A stretch of 64,000 bases of DNA from Pseudomonadales bacterium. GTDB lineage: Bacteria; Pseudomonadota; Gammaproteobacteria; Pseudomonadales; JBECKS01. Below are positions 28,252-38,673 of this stretch, piece by piece; position 1 is the first letter of the stretch, and the number at the start of each line of letters is the position of its first letter. The stretch is from assembly GCA_965223975.1 (NCBI GenBank), contig OZ245031.1:11892-75891 (forward strand), given 5' to 3'. The notes under the pieces are model-generated. The model was given only the letters and a program-made list of their open reading frames with translations. It had not been told where the DNA came from and did not search any database. The position numbers and the translations under genes were made by a program.

Positions 28252-31059
28252 ATGCAGTTTCCTTATCGATTAAACCGTGTCAGTCCCTTTATTTTAGCCA
28301 GCACCCTTGCGCTCACCATCGCCAGTTGCGGCAGCGGCGGAGGTGACGGTGATGAAAAACCAAAAAGTAACAGCTCAGCTACGAGCAGTTTTGATTTCGC
28401 GGTAGAAATACCCAACTTCACCGCTCCTCGAGGTGAGTTAAACAGCGACTCGGGCAGCTCAGCCGAACTAGCTTTTCAGGTAGCCATCGTTGATTTTCAA
28501 GGAAGAATTACCCAGATCGTTGACGCGATCTCGATAGAGCCATATGGCGACGGCTCAACCCCTTACTACACCATTACCTTGCCTGGTGGTGAGCGTGTAG
28601 ACTGTGTGATTATTGTAGAACTTGGTGACCAACCTGACCTGCAGGTCGGTGACTACCTTGACCCACAAAACTACTTATATGCACCTACTACTGACTCTGA
28701 GCAGGAGTCACGCATCAACCCTACTAGCTCAGTGGCATTTGATCTATTTATCGATTCCGTGGATGACTTTAACGGCGTAGACCCTGATGAACTAGACGCA
28801 ATTTTAGAAAACGCTCAAGACCTAGTCGATGCTGGTAGCAGCGCCTCTTCTTCAATCAGCGCCCTGATTGATTCCATCGCGGATACAGTAAGCAGCAATG
28901 TTCTCGCTGAAGTACTTTTTGCCGACGCCAGCCCAAATAGCCCCAATGGGTCTGCTAGCACGGGCAATTACGAAAGTGATAAAGCTGCCATCAAAGGTTT
29001 CTTTGACGACCTAAATGCTTTTAAAATTATCGCAGATAGCTTGTCAAATGATACAGACACAGGTCCTCTCGATGAATTTGAAAATCATATGTCCGATGCA
29101 AGAGACTACCTCGTATATGCGGAAAGTAGCATGGCAACGATGGGCTTCATTCAGGATGGCTTGAATAATTGGAAGCGCAATCTCCCAACTCCTTATCCTT
29201 CCGTCACTCAAAACGTTCCGATTGCGACTGTTTTTACCGGTGACCCTAAAGCTGCAGGCTTAAGCGGCACGGTTTCTTACAATGATGAAGGCATGACCGG
29301 AAACGTATCAGGAACCTACGACGCAGCTGGAACCAACCCCATCATTATTACCAATCTTATGGTGGGCCTAGATTTTACTGCAACAGACAGCGACGCTGAG
29401 CTTACGTTCTCAGGTACCTTAGAAAGCGAAGAAGCTGTTTTACTGGTTCGCTCAGGAACGCTCAACACCGACACTACAGAGCTAAACAGCGTATTTATCG
29501 CTAACCCAAGCGACGATAACACAGCCTTCTTAGATAGTTTGGCAATGACAGATATCGATTTAGACCTACAACTAACAGCAAAAGCTTTAGACCCGGCAGA
29601 CGATGCGGTGTTCGATGGCACCTTAACAGCGGAAGCGATCCGTAGCGCTAATGACTTTATTGACCTCGATCTAATCGATAATGGATCGGGCGCTCCATTC
29701 ACAAGTGACCCAGAGCCATACTTTAACGTTGAAACTGCTAATTTTGACGGCATTTTCACAGCCTTTGGTGACTCTATCGATTTAGTTATCGCTATGGAGT
29801 CAGAAACCGCTGGCACTTATGTACCGGGACCTATTAAGTTACTACAAGGCCTGATCTATGATTCTCTTACAATAGATGGTGAGCCACTAGCCACCTATAG
29901 CTGGAATGGCACAGACCGCTATGAGGTTAAGTATCCAGGGGGAAGCGAAGTTAGAGAAAAAGTGACACGTGTAGACCAGCCAACTAATACAATAACATAT
30001 TGTGATGGCTGCTCAGGAAATACCTATTTGAGTAGTTTTGACTCTTTTGAGGATTACCTAATAGAGGACAATTGGGCTTATATCAATGGAGGGTACCAGC
30101 AAGGTTTTCTCGAGGTTTATACCTACATAAACTCTGGAGATGTTGATTCTTCAATCACCTACACCATAGATCTAACGACACTTGCCAACGGTAGCAACTT
30201 AACCGTAAACGCCAATTACGCTTATCAATACGACTACGGGCTAACACCCGCTAACCCGCCGACCACAATTCCTATCACATATAGCTATACAGCCGACACG
30301 CTAGATATGGCCTCTGTTGACCCATATTTCGAATACTATCGGGAATACCAAACAGGCGTTGCCTCTTTCGATGCAATAAAGATTACTTCATACTATGGTG
30401 AGGGTGCTTCGTATAGCTATTACGACAACTATGGTTTTTACAATCCGATATACACTTTTATCGAAGGCTTAAATGATTCGTGGGATACCACATATTTTGA
30501 CGTTGAAGGCTACGGCTTCTTCTGTGTCGGCCTAACGCCATACTACATCCAAGACAACTGCAACACCCTAGCTGGCCAAACTTCCGACTTTAGCTTTGGC
30601 ACCCTTGTTACTGGTGATGATCTAAACGCGCCTGTCTATCTGCAATCGCAAGAAAGGCTCAAAGAAAGTGAGTCTAATTATCGAGACTTAGATGGAACTA
30701 TCACCTTAACGTTAAAATTCGACGGCCTTGGTGAGACAGAAATCGAAATCACTCAGAATCAAACAGGTTATGGTGATGGAATTCAGACTCTATCGATTAA
30801 AAACGTGGAAAATCTAGCACTTACCTCACAGGTTAGCTTGACCGCCTTTATGGTGGATGAGGAAATTCTTGATGTAGCAGTAACTAACGAACGCGGCTTT
30901 AGTATCACAGAAGGTGATGTAACCGAAGTCGATGATGGCTTTGATTACTACGACGTGATTACTTTTGGCGCTGCAACTGCCATTGTGGAAGACACTGACT
31001 TAGGGCTTAAAGTATCCTACCCTCACCCCAACGGTAGCACGACCTTCGATCTTTACTAA
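28252..31059 (+). CDS. Large acidic hypothetical lipoprotein
   Basis: 935 aa; hydrophobic signal ending IASC followed by GSGGGDGD linker; Asp/Thr/Ser/Tyr-rich. Confidence 0.75.
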   Translation: MQFPYRLNRVSPFILASTLALTIASCGSGGGDGDEKPKSNSSATSSFDFAVEIPNFTAPRGELNSDSGSSAELAFQVAIVDFQGRITQIVDAISIEPYGDGSTPYYTITLPGGERVDCVIIVELGDQPDLQVGDYLDPQNYLYAPTTDSEQESRINPTSSVAFDLFIDSVDDFNGVDPDELDAILENAQDLVDAGSSASSSISALIDSIADTVSSNVLAEVLFADASPNSPNGSASTGNYESDKAAIKGFFDDLNAFKIIADSLSNDTDTGPLDEFENHMSDARDYLVYAESSMATMGFIQDGLNNWKRNLPTPYPSVTQNVPIATVFTGDPKAAGLSGTVSYNDEGMTGNVSGTYDAAGTNPIIITNLMVGLDFTATDSDAELTFSGTLESEEAVLLVRSGTLNTDTTELNSVFIANPSDDNTAFLDSLAMTDIDLDLQLTAKALDPADDAVFDGTLTAEAIRSANDFIDLDLIDNGSGAPFTSDPEPYFNVETANFDGIFTAFGDSIDLVIAMESETAGTYVPGPIKLLQGLIYDSLTIDGEPLATYSWNGTDRYEVKYPGGSEVREKVTRVDQPTNTITYCDGCSGNTYLSSFDSFEDYLIEDNWAYINGGYQQGFLEVYTYINSGDVDSSITYTIDLTTLANGSNLTVNANYAYQYDYGLTPANPPTTIPITYSYTADTLDMASVDPYFEYYREYQTGVASFDAIKITSYYGEGASYSYYDNYGFYNPIYTFIEGLNDSWDTTYFDVEGYGFFCVGLTPYYIQDNCNTLAGQTSDFSFGTLVTGDDLNAPVYLQSQERLKESESNYRDLDGTITLTLKFDGLGETEIEITQNQTGYGDGIQTLSIKNVENLALTSQVSLTAFMVDEEILDVAVTNERGFSITEGDVTEVDDGFDYYDVITFGAATAIVEDTDLGLKVSYPHPNGSTTFDLY

Positions 31060-31080
31060 GCGAAGGGAATACACTAGATT

Positions 31081-31107
31081 AAAGAGCCCTTTCTGGGCTC
31101 TTTTTTT
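31081..31107 (+). terminator. Intrinsic terminator
   Basis: AAAGAGCCC-TTTCT-GGGCTCTTT with a T7 tract. Confidence 0.85.
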
Positions 31108-32163
31108 ATGTTCAAGCAAATCTCAGTTTTTATTTTTTGTATTTTTCTTGGTGCTTTTGCAAGGGCAGAATTTTACTTAAACAGCTCAGCCGATCTTTAT
31201 TCCAATTCTTTTTATATTCGCGATCTTAAAAATGATAAGCCTGGAGCTTTTAAACAAAGCGAAGAGCAAGGCATCAGCTATGGCCACACTCGTTTTGAGA
31301 GCGGCTGGAGAAACAAACACTTTTCGATAGCTTATCTCGATAGAAAAGATCTTGTTTTAGACTATTCTCGAGATGCAGCTTTAATTTATTTTTTTGAAAA
31401 CACCAAACAGGATAATATCCCTGAGCGAGTCTATGACTACGAACTAAGCGTCAATAACTCAAACGCGAAAGGTTTCGCTCTAGGTTATTTTAACGCCTTC
31501 CAAGACCTAAACTACAAGCTCCAACTAGACCTGGCCGAGACGACTGACCTCTACGATGGTGATATTCAAGGCAAATTAGATTTTCAAGGAGACACCTTAA
31601 ATGGTGATGCAGAAATCGAATACTACTATCATCGCGACCTAATTTTCGAACGAGAGGTAAAACCTTCTGAGGGCGTAATGACGGCCCTGCATATTGATCT
31701 AAGCTATGCATTAGAAAAATCTACACATACCCTTCAGCTTAGAGATCTGTATTCATTAACCCGATGGGAAAGCGCCCCGTACTCGCTCATCAATATTGAC
31801 AGCAATCGAGTGGGTGAAAGAGATGAAAACGGTAAACTAGAGATTCGCCCACTAGGCTCTGGCATAGAAGACTTTCGAGATCACAAGCAAAGGCTGCCTA
31901 TGCGGGCTTACTTAGAAAACAGCTTTTCACACAATGAAAACTCGGTACTGCTTAATGTGAACTATAAAAGTTCTGAGTTATGGCCTCAGTTTGGCTACCT
32001 TTGGAAGCAAAAGGAAGTATCTGGATTAATTTCACCGAAAGACAAATCAATAAAATTAAAACACCGACTCTCTCAACACTTTGAATATAGCTTAGACCTG
32101 GATAATCTAAACTTAAAGCGAGCCCAAAGAATAAACCTATCCTTTGAGCTCAAAGCTTTTTAA
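31108..32163 (+). CDS. Putative outer-membrane beta-barrel protein
   Basis: Signal peptide ending ARA, alternating aromatic/hydrophobic pattern, C-terminal Phe. Confidence 0.6.
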   Translation: MFKQISVFIFCIFLGAFARAEFYLNSSADLYSNSFYIRDLKNDKPGAFKQSEEQGISYGHTRFESGWRNKHFSIAYLDRKDLVLDYSRDAALIYFFENTKQDNIPERVYDYELSVNNSNAKGFALGYFNAFQDLNYKLQLDLAETTDLYDGDIQGKLDFQGDTLNGDAEIEYYYHRDLIFEREVKPSEGVMTALHIDLSYALEKSTHTLQLRDLYSLTRWESAPYSLINIDSNRVGERDENGKLEIRPLGSGIEDFRDHKQRLPMRAYLENSFSHNENSVLLNVNYKSSELWPQFGYLWKQKEVSGLISPKDKSIKLKHRLSQHFEYSLDLDNLNLKRAQRINLSFELKAF

Positions 32164-33527
32164 GCGCTAAAGTAATCGATAATAAACGCTTTTAAATCCG
32201 CTTCTTTAACGACGCGTTGCTCCATGGAATCACGATCACGAATAGTCACTGGGCAGCCTTCTTGCTCAATACTGTCAAAATCCACGGTAACGCACAGTGG
32301 CGTACCCACTTCGTCGTGACGACGATAAGCCTTACCAACGTTAACGTCTTCGTAAAGAATACGTCCTAGGCCTAACTTTTGAAGAGAGTTTTTAATGCCT
32401 TTGGCTTTTTTAACCAATTCAGGCTTATTCTTTTTAAGAGGAATCACCGCCACTTTAATCGGCGACAAGTGCTTCTTAAGCTTTAAGACAGTACGCGACT
32501 TACCTTCACCTAGATCTTCTTCCTCATAGGCTTCGGTCAATACCGCCAATACACCACGATCCAAACCAGCTGAAGGCTCTATACAGAAAGGAACAAACCA
32601 CTTATTGGTCTCAAGATCCATTACCGCTAACTTAGAGTTTGAGTCGCTGTTTTCTTTGACCTTAGCTTGAATATCAAAATCACCCTGAGCCTTAGTGTGT
32701 GAACCAAGGTCATAATCAGTACGATTAGCCACACCTTCGAGCTCTTCAACTCCATGTGGGAATTTATACATGATGTCGGTAGTCGCTTTAGAATAGTGAG
32801 CAAGGTCATCGCCAGTCACATATTCAAATTCAATGTTGTCTTCGCTTAAGCCTTGATCAAGCCACCATTGAGTACGGGTATCCACCCAGGTTTTATGCCA
32901 AGCTTCATCTTCCCCAGGCTTTACAAAAAACTCTAATTCCATTTGTTCGAATTCACGCACACGGAAGATAAAGTTACGTGGAGTAATTTCGTTTCGATAA
33001 GACTTCCCGATCTGAGCAATACCGAAAGGCAATTTACGTGAAGTGGAATCCAATACGTTTTTGAAATTTACAAAAATCCCCTGAGCCGTTTCTGGCCTCA
33101 TAACCGCGTAGTTATCTTCATCACTTAATAGTCCCACCTGGGTTTTGAACATCAGGTTAAAATCCCGCTCTTCAGTAATGTTGTCTGAGCCGCAGTTGTC
33201 ACATTTGCTTTTGTCCTTCATGTGATCTGCACGCATTCGATTTTTACATTCGCGGCAGTCCACCAAAGGGTCAGAAAAGGTGTCTTCGTGACCGCTGTAC
33301 TTATAAATGGTTTTATTGCCGAGAATGGCAGAATCTAAACCTTCGACGTCATCACGCTCATAAACCATGGCGCGCCACCAAGCATTCTTAAGATTATTCT
33401 TAAGCTCAACACCTAAAGGGCCGTAGTCATAAACACCTTGTAAACCGCCATAAATATCACTGCTTTGAAAAATAAAGCCCCTTCTCTTACAGAGAGAAAC
33501 CAAATCATCCATCGTTTTTGCGACCAT
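32160..33527 (-). CDS. glyQS: Glycine--tRNA ligase, homodimeric alpha2 type
   Basis: [64 protein letters not shown]. Confidence 0.95.
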   Translation of the reverse strand: MVAKTMDDLVSLCKRRGFIFQSSDIYGGLQGVYDYGPLGVELKNNLKNAWWRAMVYERDDVEGLDSAILGNKTIYKYSGHEDTFSDPLVDCRECKNRMRADHMKDKSKCDNCGSDNITEERDFNLMFKTQVGLLSDEDNYAVMRPETAQGIFVNFKNVLDSTSRKLPFGIAQIGKSYRNEITPRNFIFRVREFEQMELEFFVKPGEDEAWHKTWVDTRTQWWLDQGLSEDNIEFEYVTGDDLAHYSKATTDIMYKFPHGVEELEGVANRTDYDLGSHTKAQGDFDIQAKVKENSDSNSKLAVMDLETNKWFVPFCIEPSAGLDRGVLAVLTEAYEEEDLGEGKSRTVLKLKKHLSPIKVAVIPLKKNKPELVKKAKGIKNSLQKLGLGRILYEDVNVGKAYRRHDEVGTPLCVTVDFDSIEQEGCPVTIRDRDSMEQRVVKEADLKAFIIDYFSA

Positions 33528-33631
33528 AAGCCAAACCTAACCTTTAAAAATACCAATAAAATCTGCGCGCATTTTAATGCTAAAGCGCCCCAATAGCGAG
33601 GGCTTGCGGGCATTTGACCAGTATTTACTTA

Positions 33632-34453
33632 CTAATAAGGCAGTTCAATCCAAGAGTTCATCATACTTTGGCTTTCATCCCACTGACCCGGATAACCCAA
33701 AGAGACCTCAAAAAAATCAACGCCATCGATAACTTTATGTCCAGGGATGTGCAAATGACCAGTGACAACACCTTTAACGGTATAGTCTCGATGCCAGGTT
33801 TCAGAACCCTTAGTACCACACCATATCGAAAAACGAGGGATACGTTTAAGCTCGAAGCTAAGCTCAGTTAAGGGGAAATGATTAATGATTAGAACCTCGC
33901 TTTCTGTTGGCAATTGGCCCAGGCGAGAACAGGTATAATCTAATCTCGCCTTACACCATTCAACAACCGAGGGATAACGTGTGCAAGCGATCAAAGCCTC
34001 ATCGCTACACAATATATCAGCTTCCATCGCCCACTCTACCGCCCTATCTTGCTCAACGTGTTCTGGACGAAAGCTATAGTCATATAACAAAAAGCTAGGC
34101 ACCAGAGTCAAATAGCCGCTGTCTATTTGAAGTGTTAGATAAGGGTCCTCTGGGTTATAAACTTTATAACGCCTACAAAGCTCTATCATCTGATCATACT
34201 TTTCTTCCGAGCCCTTACCTAGCTTCTGCGCACTTGGGCGAAGCCAAAGCTCATGATTGCCTGGCGTCCAAACCAGATATTCAAAACAAGCACTCAGCTT
34301 CTGAAACACAAGCTCTAGCTGCTCAAGGCTTTCACAAATGTCTCCCGCCAAAATCAAACAAGCTTCCATTCTTGAACTCGGTAAAGATTTCAAAAAGGCC
34401 TCAAAATTTGACGCTTGATCAAGATGTAAATCGCTTGTTGCGTATATTTTCAT
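33632..34453 (-). CDS. Calcineurin-like metallophosphoesterase, PptH (Rv2795c)-like
   Basis: SDLH, AGD, PGNHELW, FLLYDYSF, NHFPL, FSIWCGT, GHLH, EVSLGYP. Confidence 0.8.
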   Translation of the reverse strand: MKIYATSDLHLDQASNFEAFLKSLPSSRMEACLILAGDICESLEQLELVFQKLSACFEYLVWTPGNHELWLRPSAQKLGKGSEEKYDQMIELCRRYKVYNPEDPYLTLQIDSGYLTLVPSFLLYDYSFRPEHVEQDRAVEWAMEADILCSDEALIACTRYPSVVEWCKARLDYTCSRLGQLPTESEVLIINHFPLTELSFELKRIPRFSIWCGTKGSETWHRDYTVKGVVTGHLHIPGHKVIDGVDFFEVSLGYPGQWDESQSMMNSWIELPY

Positions 34454-34535
34454 AAACTACTAGCACTAACTATGCTGTAAGGGCTGTTCGGTTTCCCTAT
34501 ATGATAAGGCACAAAATCTGACAAATCCCAATTTA

Positions 34536-34560
34536 ATATAGTCAACCATGTTGACTATAT
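34536..34560. promoter_or_regulatory. Perfect 11-3-11 palindrome, candidate operator
   Basis: ATATAGTCAAC-CAT-GTTGACTATAT between divergent genes; contains TTGACT with TAAGAT 16 bp downstream. Confidence 0.7.
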
Positions 34561-34629
34561 AAGTTGCATTGCTAAGATCTCTTTTCGCAATACAAGCTTG
34601 ATGACCATAGACCACTAGGAAGCAATTTA

Positions 34630-35805
34630 ATGAGCGAACTACAAGCCCCATACAAGTATGAAAGAAAGCCCTTAATCATCTCCTTTATGGAACAGTCCAG
34701 TTTTAAGGACGTTTATGCAGGCGTGGATTCTGTTGTGATCTTGGAAGCTCATTTATTAGTTCCAGAGCGCCCTTCAAAATCGATCATCGTGATGATGCAC
34801 CCCATCGGTGGTGGCGCCTATCTACCGATGGTCACGGCACTGGCTAAAGCCGGCCACCATGTTATCTATTGTAATAGCCGCTACCGAGGCATCGATAGCG
34901 CGTTGATTATGGAAAAATGCGTTCTCGATTTGGGCGCCTGCATTCGAGAAGTAAAAGAAAAGCATGGTTACGAAAAAGTTATTTTAGCAGGATGGAGCGG
35001 CGGCGGTTCTCTATCCATGTTTTATCAATCACAAGCAGAGCAACCTAGCATCACCCATACTCCTGCTGGCGACCCGTTGGACTTAACCGCAGCCAATTTA
35101 ATACCCGCCGATGGCGTGATGTTATTAGCAGCGCACATCAGCCGAGCTGGCACTTTTACCGAATGGCTAGACGCTTCAATCCGCGATGAAAATAACCCCG
35201 ATGATAAAGATCCTGAGCTAGATCTTTACAACCCAGATAATCCAAACCAACCTCCCTATTCTGAAGAATTCCTAGAACGTTATCGAAACGCTCAAGTAGA
35301 ACGAAATCGTAAAATCACCCGCTTTGTTAAAAACAAGTTAGCTGATTTAAAAGCTCAAGGCCGTGACAACGATGAATTTGGTTTTGTAGTTCATGGCACC
35401 ATGGCCGCGCCTCAATGGTTAGACCCTGACGTAGACCCCAACGATCGCGAACCAGGTCGCTGCTATTTAGGTGACCCTAAGGTGGTTAATAATGGCCCTG
35501 TTGGCTTAGCCCGTTTTAATACACTAAGAAGCTGGTTGTCCCAATGGAGTATCGACGACTCTAACGCCGATGGACTGGCTTGCGCTGAAAAAATCTCCAA
35601 ACCAGTACTCGTGGTGGGTAATAGTGCAGACGATGCTTGCACACCTAGCCATACAAATAGACTTTATGAAGCCGTTGGTCACGACAACAAAGAACTCTAC
35701 GAAGTGAAAGGTGCCAACCACTATTACTTTGGACAAAAAGATATGCTTTTAGATGCCAGTGGTCGAATCACCGAATGGCTGACAAAACATGATTTTATTG
35801 ACTAG
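34630..35805 (+). CDS. Alpha/beta hydrolase family protein
   Basis: GWSGGG nucleophile elbow, ADD acid and GANHYY His motifs. Confidence 0.8.
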   Translation: MSELQAPYKYERKPLIISFMEQSSFKDVYAGVDSVVILEAHLLVPERPSKSIIVMMHPIGGGAYLPMVTALAKAGHHVIYCNSRYRGIDSALIMEKCVLDLGACIREVKEKHGYEKVILAGWSGGGSLSMFYQSQAEQPSITHTPAGDPLDLTAANLIPADGVMLLAAHISRAGTFTEWLDASIRDENNPDDKDPELDLYNPDNPNQPPYSEEFLERYRNAQVERNRKITRFVKNKLADLKAQGRDNDEFGFVVHGTMAAPQWLDPDVDPNDREPGRCYLGDPKVVNNGPVGLARFNTLRSWLSQWSIDDSNADGLACAEKISKPVLVVGNSADDACTPSHTNRLYEAVGHDNKELYEVKGANHYYFGQKDMLLDASGRITEWLTKHDFID

Positions 35806-35886
35806 TGTTAAGTCCGCTATTCCTCAAAGAAAGCGATTAGGGTTAGAATGCTAGACTGATAACAAGCCTTAAAATCAATCAAGCGG

Positions 35887-36816
35887 ATGCAAGACATGGA
35901 CAATTTTGTAGAAATTAATGAAGTGGGCCTACGAGATGGCTTGCAGAATCAAAGTACTCTGATTCAAGCCAGCGACAAACTTGCCCTCGCTCAAAAACTG
36001 ATCGACGCCAACATTCAGTACATCGAAGCGACTAGTTTTGTTCACCCAAAAGCGGTGCCACAAATGGCCGACGCGGCAGATGTTCTTGCAGGTTTACCTA
36101 AAGACAACGACATTTGCTACACCGCTCTTGTCCCTAACATGCGCGGTTACGAAAACGCACTGGCCAACGATGTTAAATCCGTGGCTATCGTATTAGCGAC
36201 GACCGATAGTTTTAATGAAAAAAATTTAAACATGTCTCTGGAAAAAACCAGAGCCGTTTGCCGCGAACTCGCTCAACGTGCTAAACAAGATGGAATTAAA
36301 CTGCGCGCATATATATCAGGTGCATGTGCCTGTCCCTATGATGGTAAGCAACCAGTATCAATCGTTCGTGAGCTATGCAACGAAATGGTTGAGTCAGGTG
36401 CAGATGAAATCTCCATCGCTGATACCACAGGTGCCGGAAGCCCTGCCCAGATTAATCAAATATTCGAAACGCTTTTATTAGAGCACTCAGCAGAACGCTT
36501 CAATGTTCACTTTCATGACACACGCGGCCAAGCCCTCGCAATGTCTTGGGAAGCCTTACGCATGGGCATACGAAAATTCGACAGTTCTATCGCTGGCCTA
36601 GGCGGCTGCCCTTTCGCTCCAGGCGCCAAAGGCAACGTAGCGACTGAAGACCTAGTTTATATGCTACATAGCAGTGGCTTTAATACTGGTATCGATTTTG
36701 AAAAACTGATTGAGGCGATTCCCGTTGCCGAACAAATCACCAACAGTCAGCTAGGCGGCAAAATCGTGCCCTGGGTAAAAACCCAACACGAAAAAGGTCG
36801 ACGCATAGAGTTATAG
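35887..36816 (+). CDS. hmgL: Hydroxymethylglutaryl-CoA lyase
   Basis: EVGLRDGLQN, SFVHPKAVPQM, HFHDTRG, GLGGCPFAPGA. Confidence 0.9.
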   Translation: MQDMDNFVEINEVGLRDGLQNQSTLIQASDKLALAQKLIDANIQYIEATSFVHPKAVPQMADAADVLAGLPKDNDICYTALVPNMRGYENALANDVKSVAIVLATTDSFNEKNLNMSLEKTRAVCRELAQRAKQDGIKLRAYISGACACPYDGKQPVSIVRELCNEMVESGADEISIADTTGAGSPAQINQIFETLLLEHSAERFNVHFHDTRGQALAMSWEALRMGIRKFDSSIAGLGGCPFAPGAKGNVATEDLVYMLHSSGFNTGIDFEKLIEAIPVAEQITNSQLGGKIVPWVKTQHEKGRRIEL

Positions 36817-36874
36817 AGCGTTAAATTGTAGTAGACTAATTCGTTACTGACCTCTTACTAAACCTTAGCTCCTG

Positions 36875-37906
36875 ATGGATAGCTTTTACTTATTTACCGC
36901 AGCCTTTGCGATTTCTCAGATATTTTTATGCTTGTCCAAAATCATGGGCAAGAAAGATATTCATATCGCCGAAATCGTTTTTTGCGCCCTATTGGTTTGT
37001 CTTGGTGTTTATTTAAGCCAGCCTCTGATTAAAAACACACCTCTCAATAACTATGCAAGCTTTCAATTATTGTGGATGCACTTGCCTACAGCCGTTCCAT
37101 CATTATTCGCTTTTTGCTGCATTACCCTGTTTAACGACCAGCTCAAGATTCCTCTTTGGCTTCTGTCTCTTGCACTCGCCAGCTTCTTTCCACCCTTGCT
37201 CTTTGATCTGTTCACCCTACAAGGTGAAACCAATAAGCTACTGTTCGCTACCATTCCCCAAGCGATAGAATTCATCATTATGACCTATGGTTTTTGGGTG
37301 GTGGCAGCCTCATGGCGCAACGACCTGATTGCCCAACGCAGGAGACTGCGACTGCTGGTGATGGGAGGCGTCGGCGGCATTATCTTTTTGGTGATAGGCC
37401 TACAACAACTTAGCAACCTATCAGAAACACAGGTGGATTTACTCCACTATCCTCTCGCGGCCTTTTTCTTATTTTGCTTCAATTTACTGCTCCTGGATTT
37501 GGACCCAGACACCGCTTTGTTTAATCAGAACCAAGAACAAGCTCAACCAGAACCTGAGAGCCGAACCCAGGAAAAACCACCAGAACTGATCAAGCTAGAA
37601 GAGCTGATGGGTGAACAAGCCCTCTACAAGGAACCGTCCCTCACGATTACCGAACTAGCCTATCGCCTGGAACTGCCCGAATATAAATTGAGAGCCCTGA
37701 TTAACCAATCTCTTGGGTATCGTAATTTTAATGATTTTCTCAATCACTACCGGGTTAAGGCAGCTGCTCAAATTTTAAGCAATACCAGTGACAGCATTAC
37801 ACAAATTGCTAATGATGTTGGCTACAACTCCTTAAGTGCGTTTAACCGTGCTTTTAAGAATATTCACCTTCAGACGCCGAGCGAATTTAGGAAAAAGTCG
37901 GCCTAA
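36875..37906 (+). CDS. Membrane-anchored AraC family regulator
   Basis: Multiple N-terminal TM segments plus AraC HTH (LINQSLGYRNFNDFLN..VGYNSLSAFNRAFK..TPSEFR). Confidence 0.88.
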   Translation: MDSFYLFTAAFAISQIFLCLSKIMGKKDIHIAEIVFCALLVCLGVYLSQPLIKNTPLNNYASFQLLWMHLPTAVPSLFAFCCITLFNDQLKIPLWLLSLALASFFPPLLFDLFTLQGETNKLLFATIPQAIEFIIMTYGFWVVAASWRNDLIAQRRRLRLLVMGGVGGIIFLVIGLQQLSNLSETQVDLLHYPLAAFFLFCFNLLLLDLDPDTALFNQNQEQAQPEPESRTQEKPPELIKLEELMGEQALYKEPSLTITELAYRLELPEYKLRALINQSLGYRNFNDFLNHYRVKAAAQILSNTSDSITQIANDVGYNSLSAFNRAFKNIHLQTPSEFRKKSA

Positions 37907-38031
37907 AACTCCCTAATATTGGCCTTTTCAATAATTAGTCAGTTAATTTAAAGAAAAGCTTGGTCTTCTTTAAAAAAAAGCCGCAGAATCATCGACATAC
38001 CAATAAGAACTCCATCCTTGAGGGTCGATTT

Positions 38032-38655
38032 ATGCGAGCTAGATTTCCAGTATTAGCACTACTAAGCACTTTATTCTTCACCAGCCACACCGTTGCCGAA
38101 GATATGGCGATGGGCGAAGCCGCCTACAAACAATGTGCTGCCTGTCATGGGCAGAATGCTCAAGGAAATCAAGCACTTAAAGCCCCAGCTCTCGCTGGAC
38201 AAGATGCTTGGTATATTCAAAACCAACTTGAAGCCTTTCAAAAAGGTTATCGTGGTGCAGATCCTCAGGATGGCTTTGCAGCAGGCATGGCGGCTATAGC
38301 AAAAGGTTTAAATGATAATAAAATCAATGCTTTAGCAATCTATTTAAATGCTAAACCTACAGAAAACAAAGAAAAGCCAAGCCTCGGCGGAGACCTGGTT
38401 AAGGGTGAGCAGTTTTACCAAAGCCTATGTGGTTCTTGCCATGGCCCGGGCGGAAAAGGTAATAAAGCGCTAAACGCACCTAAATTGGCCGGCCTGAACG
38501 ATTGGTATATTGCGGAGCAAATCAACAAGTTCCGTAAGAGCCAGCGCGGCACCCACAAAGAAGACCGCTTAGGTCGCCAGATGAAGATGATGGCGCGCAT
38601 TCTGCCTGACCAACAAGCGATTAATGATGTAGCTAGTTTCTTGGCAGCCCAATAG
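38032..38655 (+). CDS. Dihaem cytochrome c4-like protein
   Basis: Signal peptide from ATG 38032 (GAGGG upstream), CAACH and CGSCH each followed by APxLAG and a distal Met. Confidence 0.88.
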   Translation: MRARFPVLALLSTLFFTSHTVAEDMAMGEAAYKQCAACHGQNAQGNQALKAPALAGQDAWYIQNQLEAFQKGYRGADPQDGFAAGMAAIAKGLNDNKINALAIYLNAKPTENKEKPSLGGDLVKGEQFYQSLCGSCHGPGGKGNKALNAPKLAGLNDWYIAEQINKFRKSQRGTHKEDRLGRQMKMMARILPDQQAINDVASFLAAQ

Positions 38656-38673
38656 CTTAAAGCGCCCCTCACT

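Noticed and set aside
29316-29816. 166-aa antisense ORF inside the lipoprotein gene, and similar antisense ORFs in pfaA, fadH, glnS, ligA and smc
   Set aside because: Ser/Ala-rich mirror translations expected from sense-strand codon bias, with no motifs or RBS.
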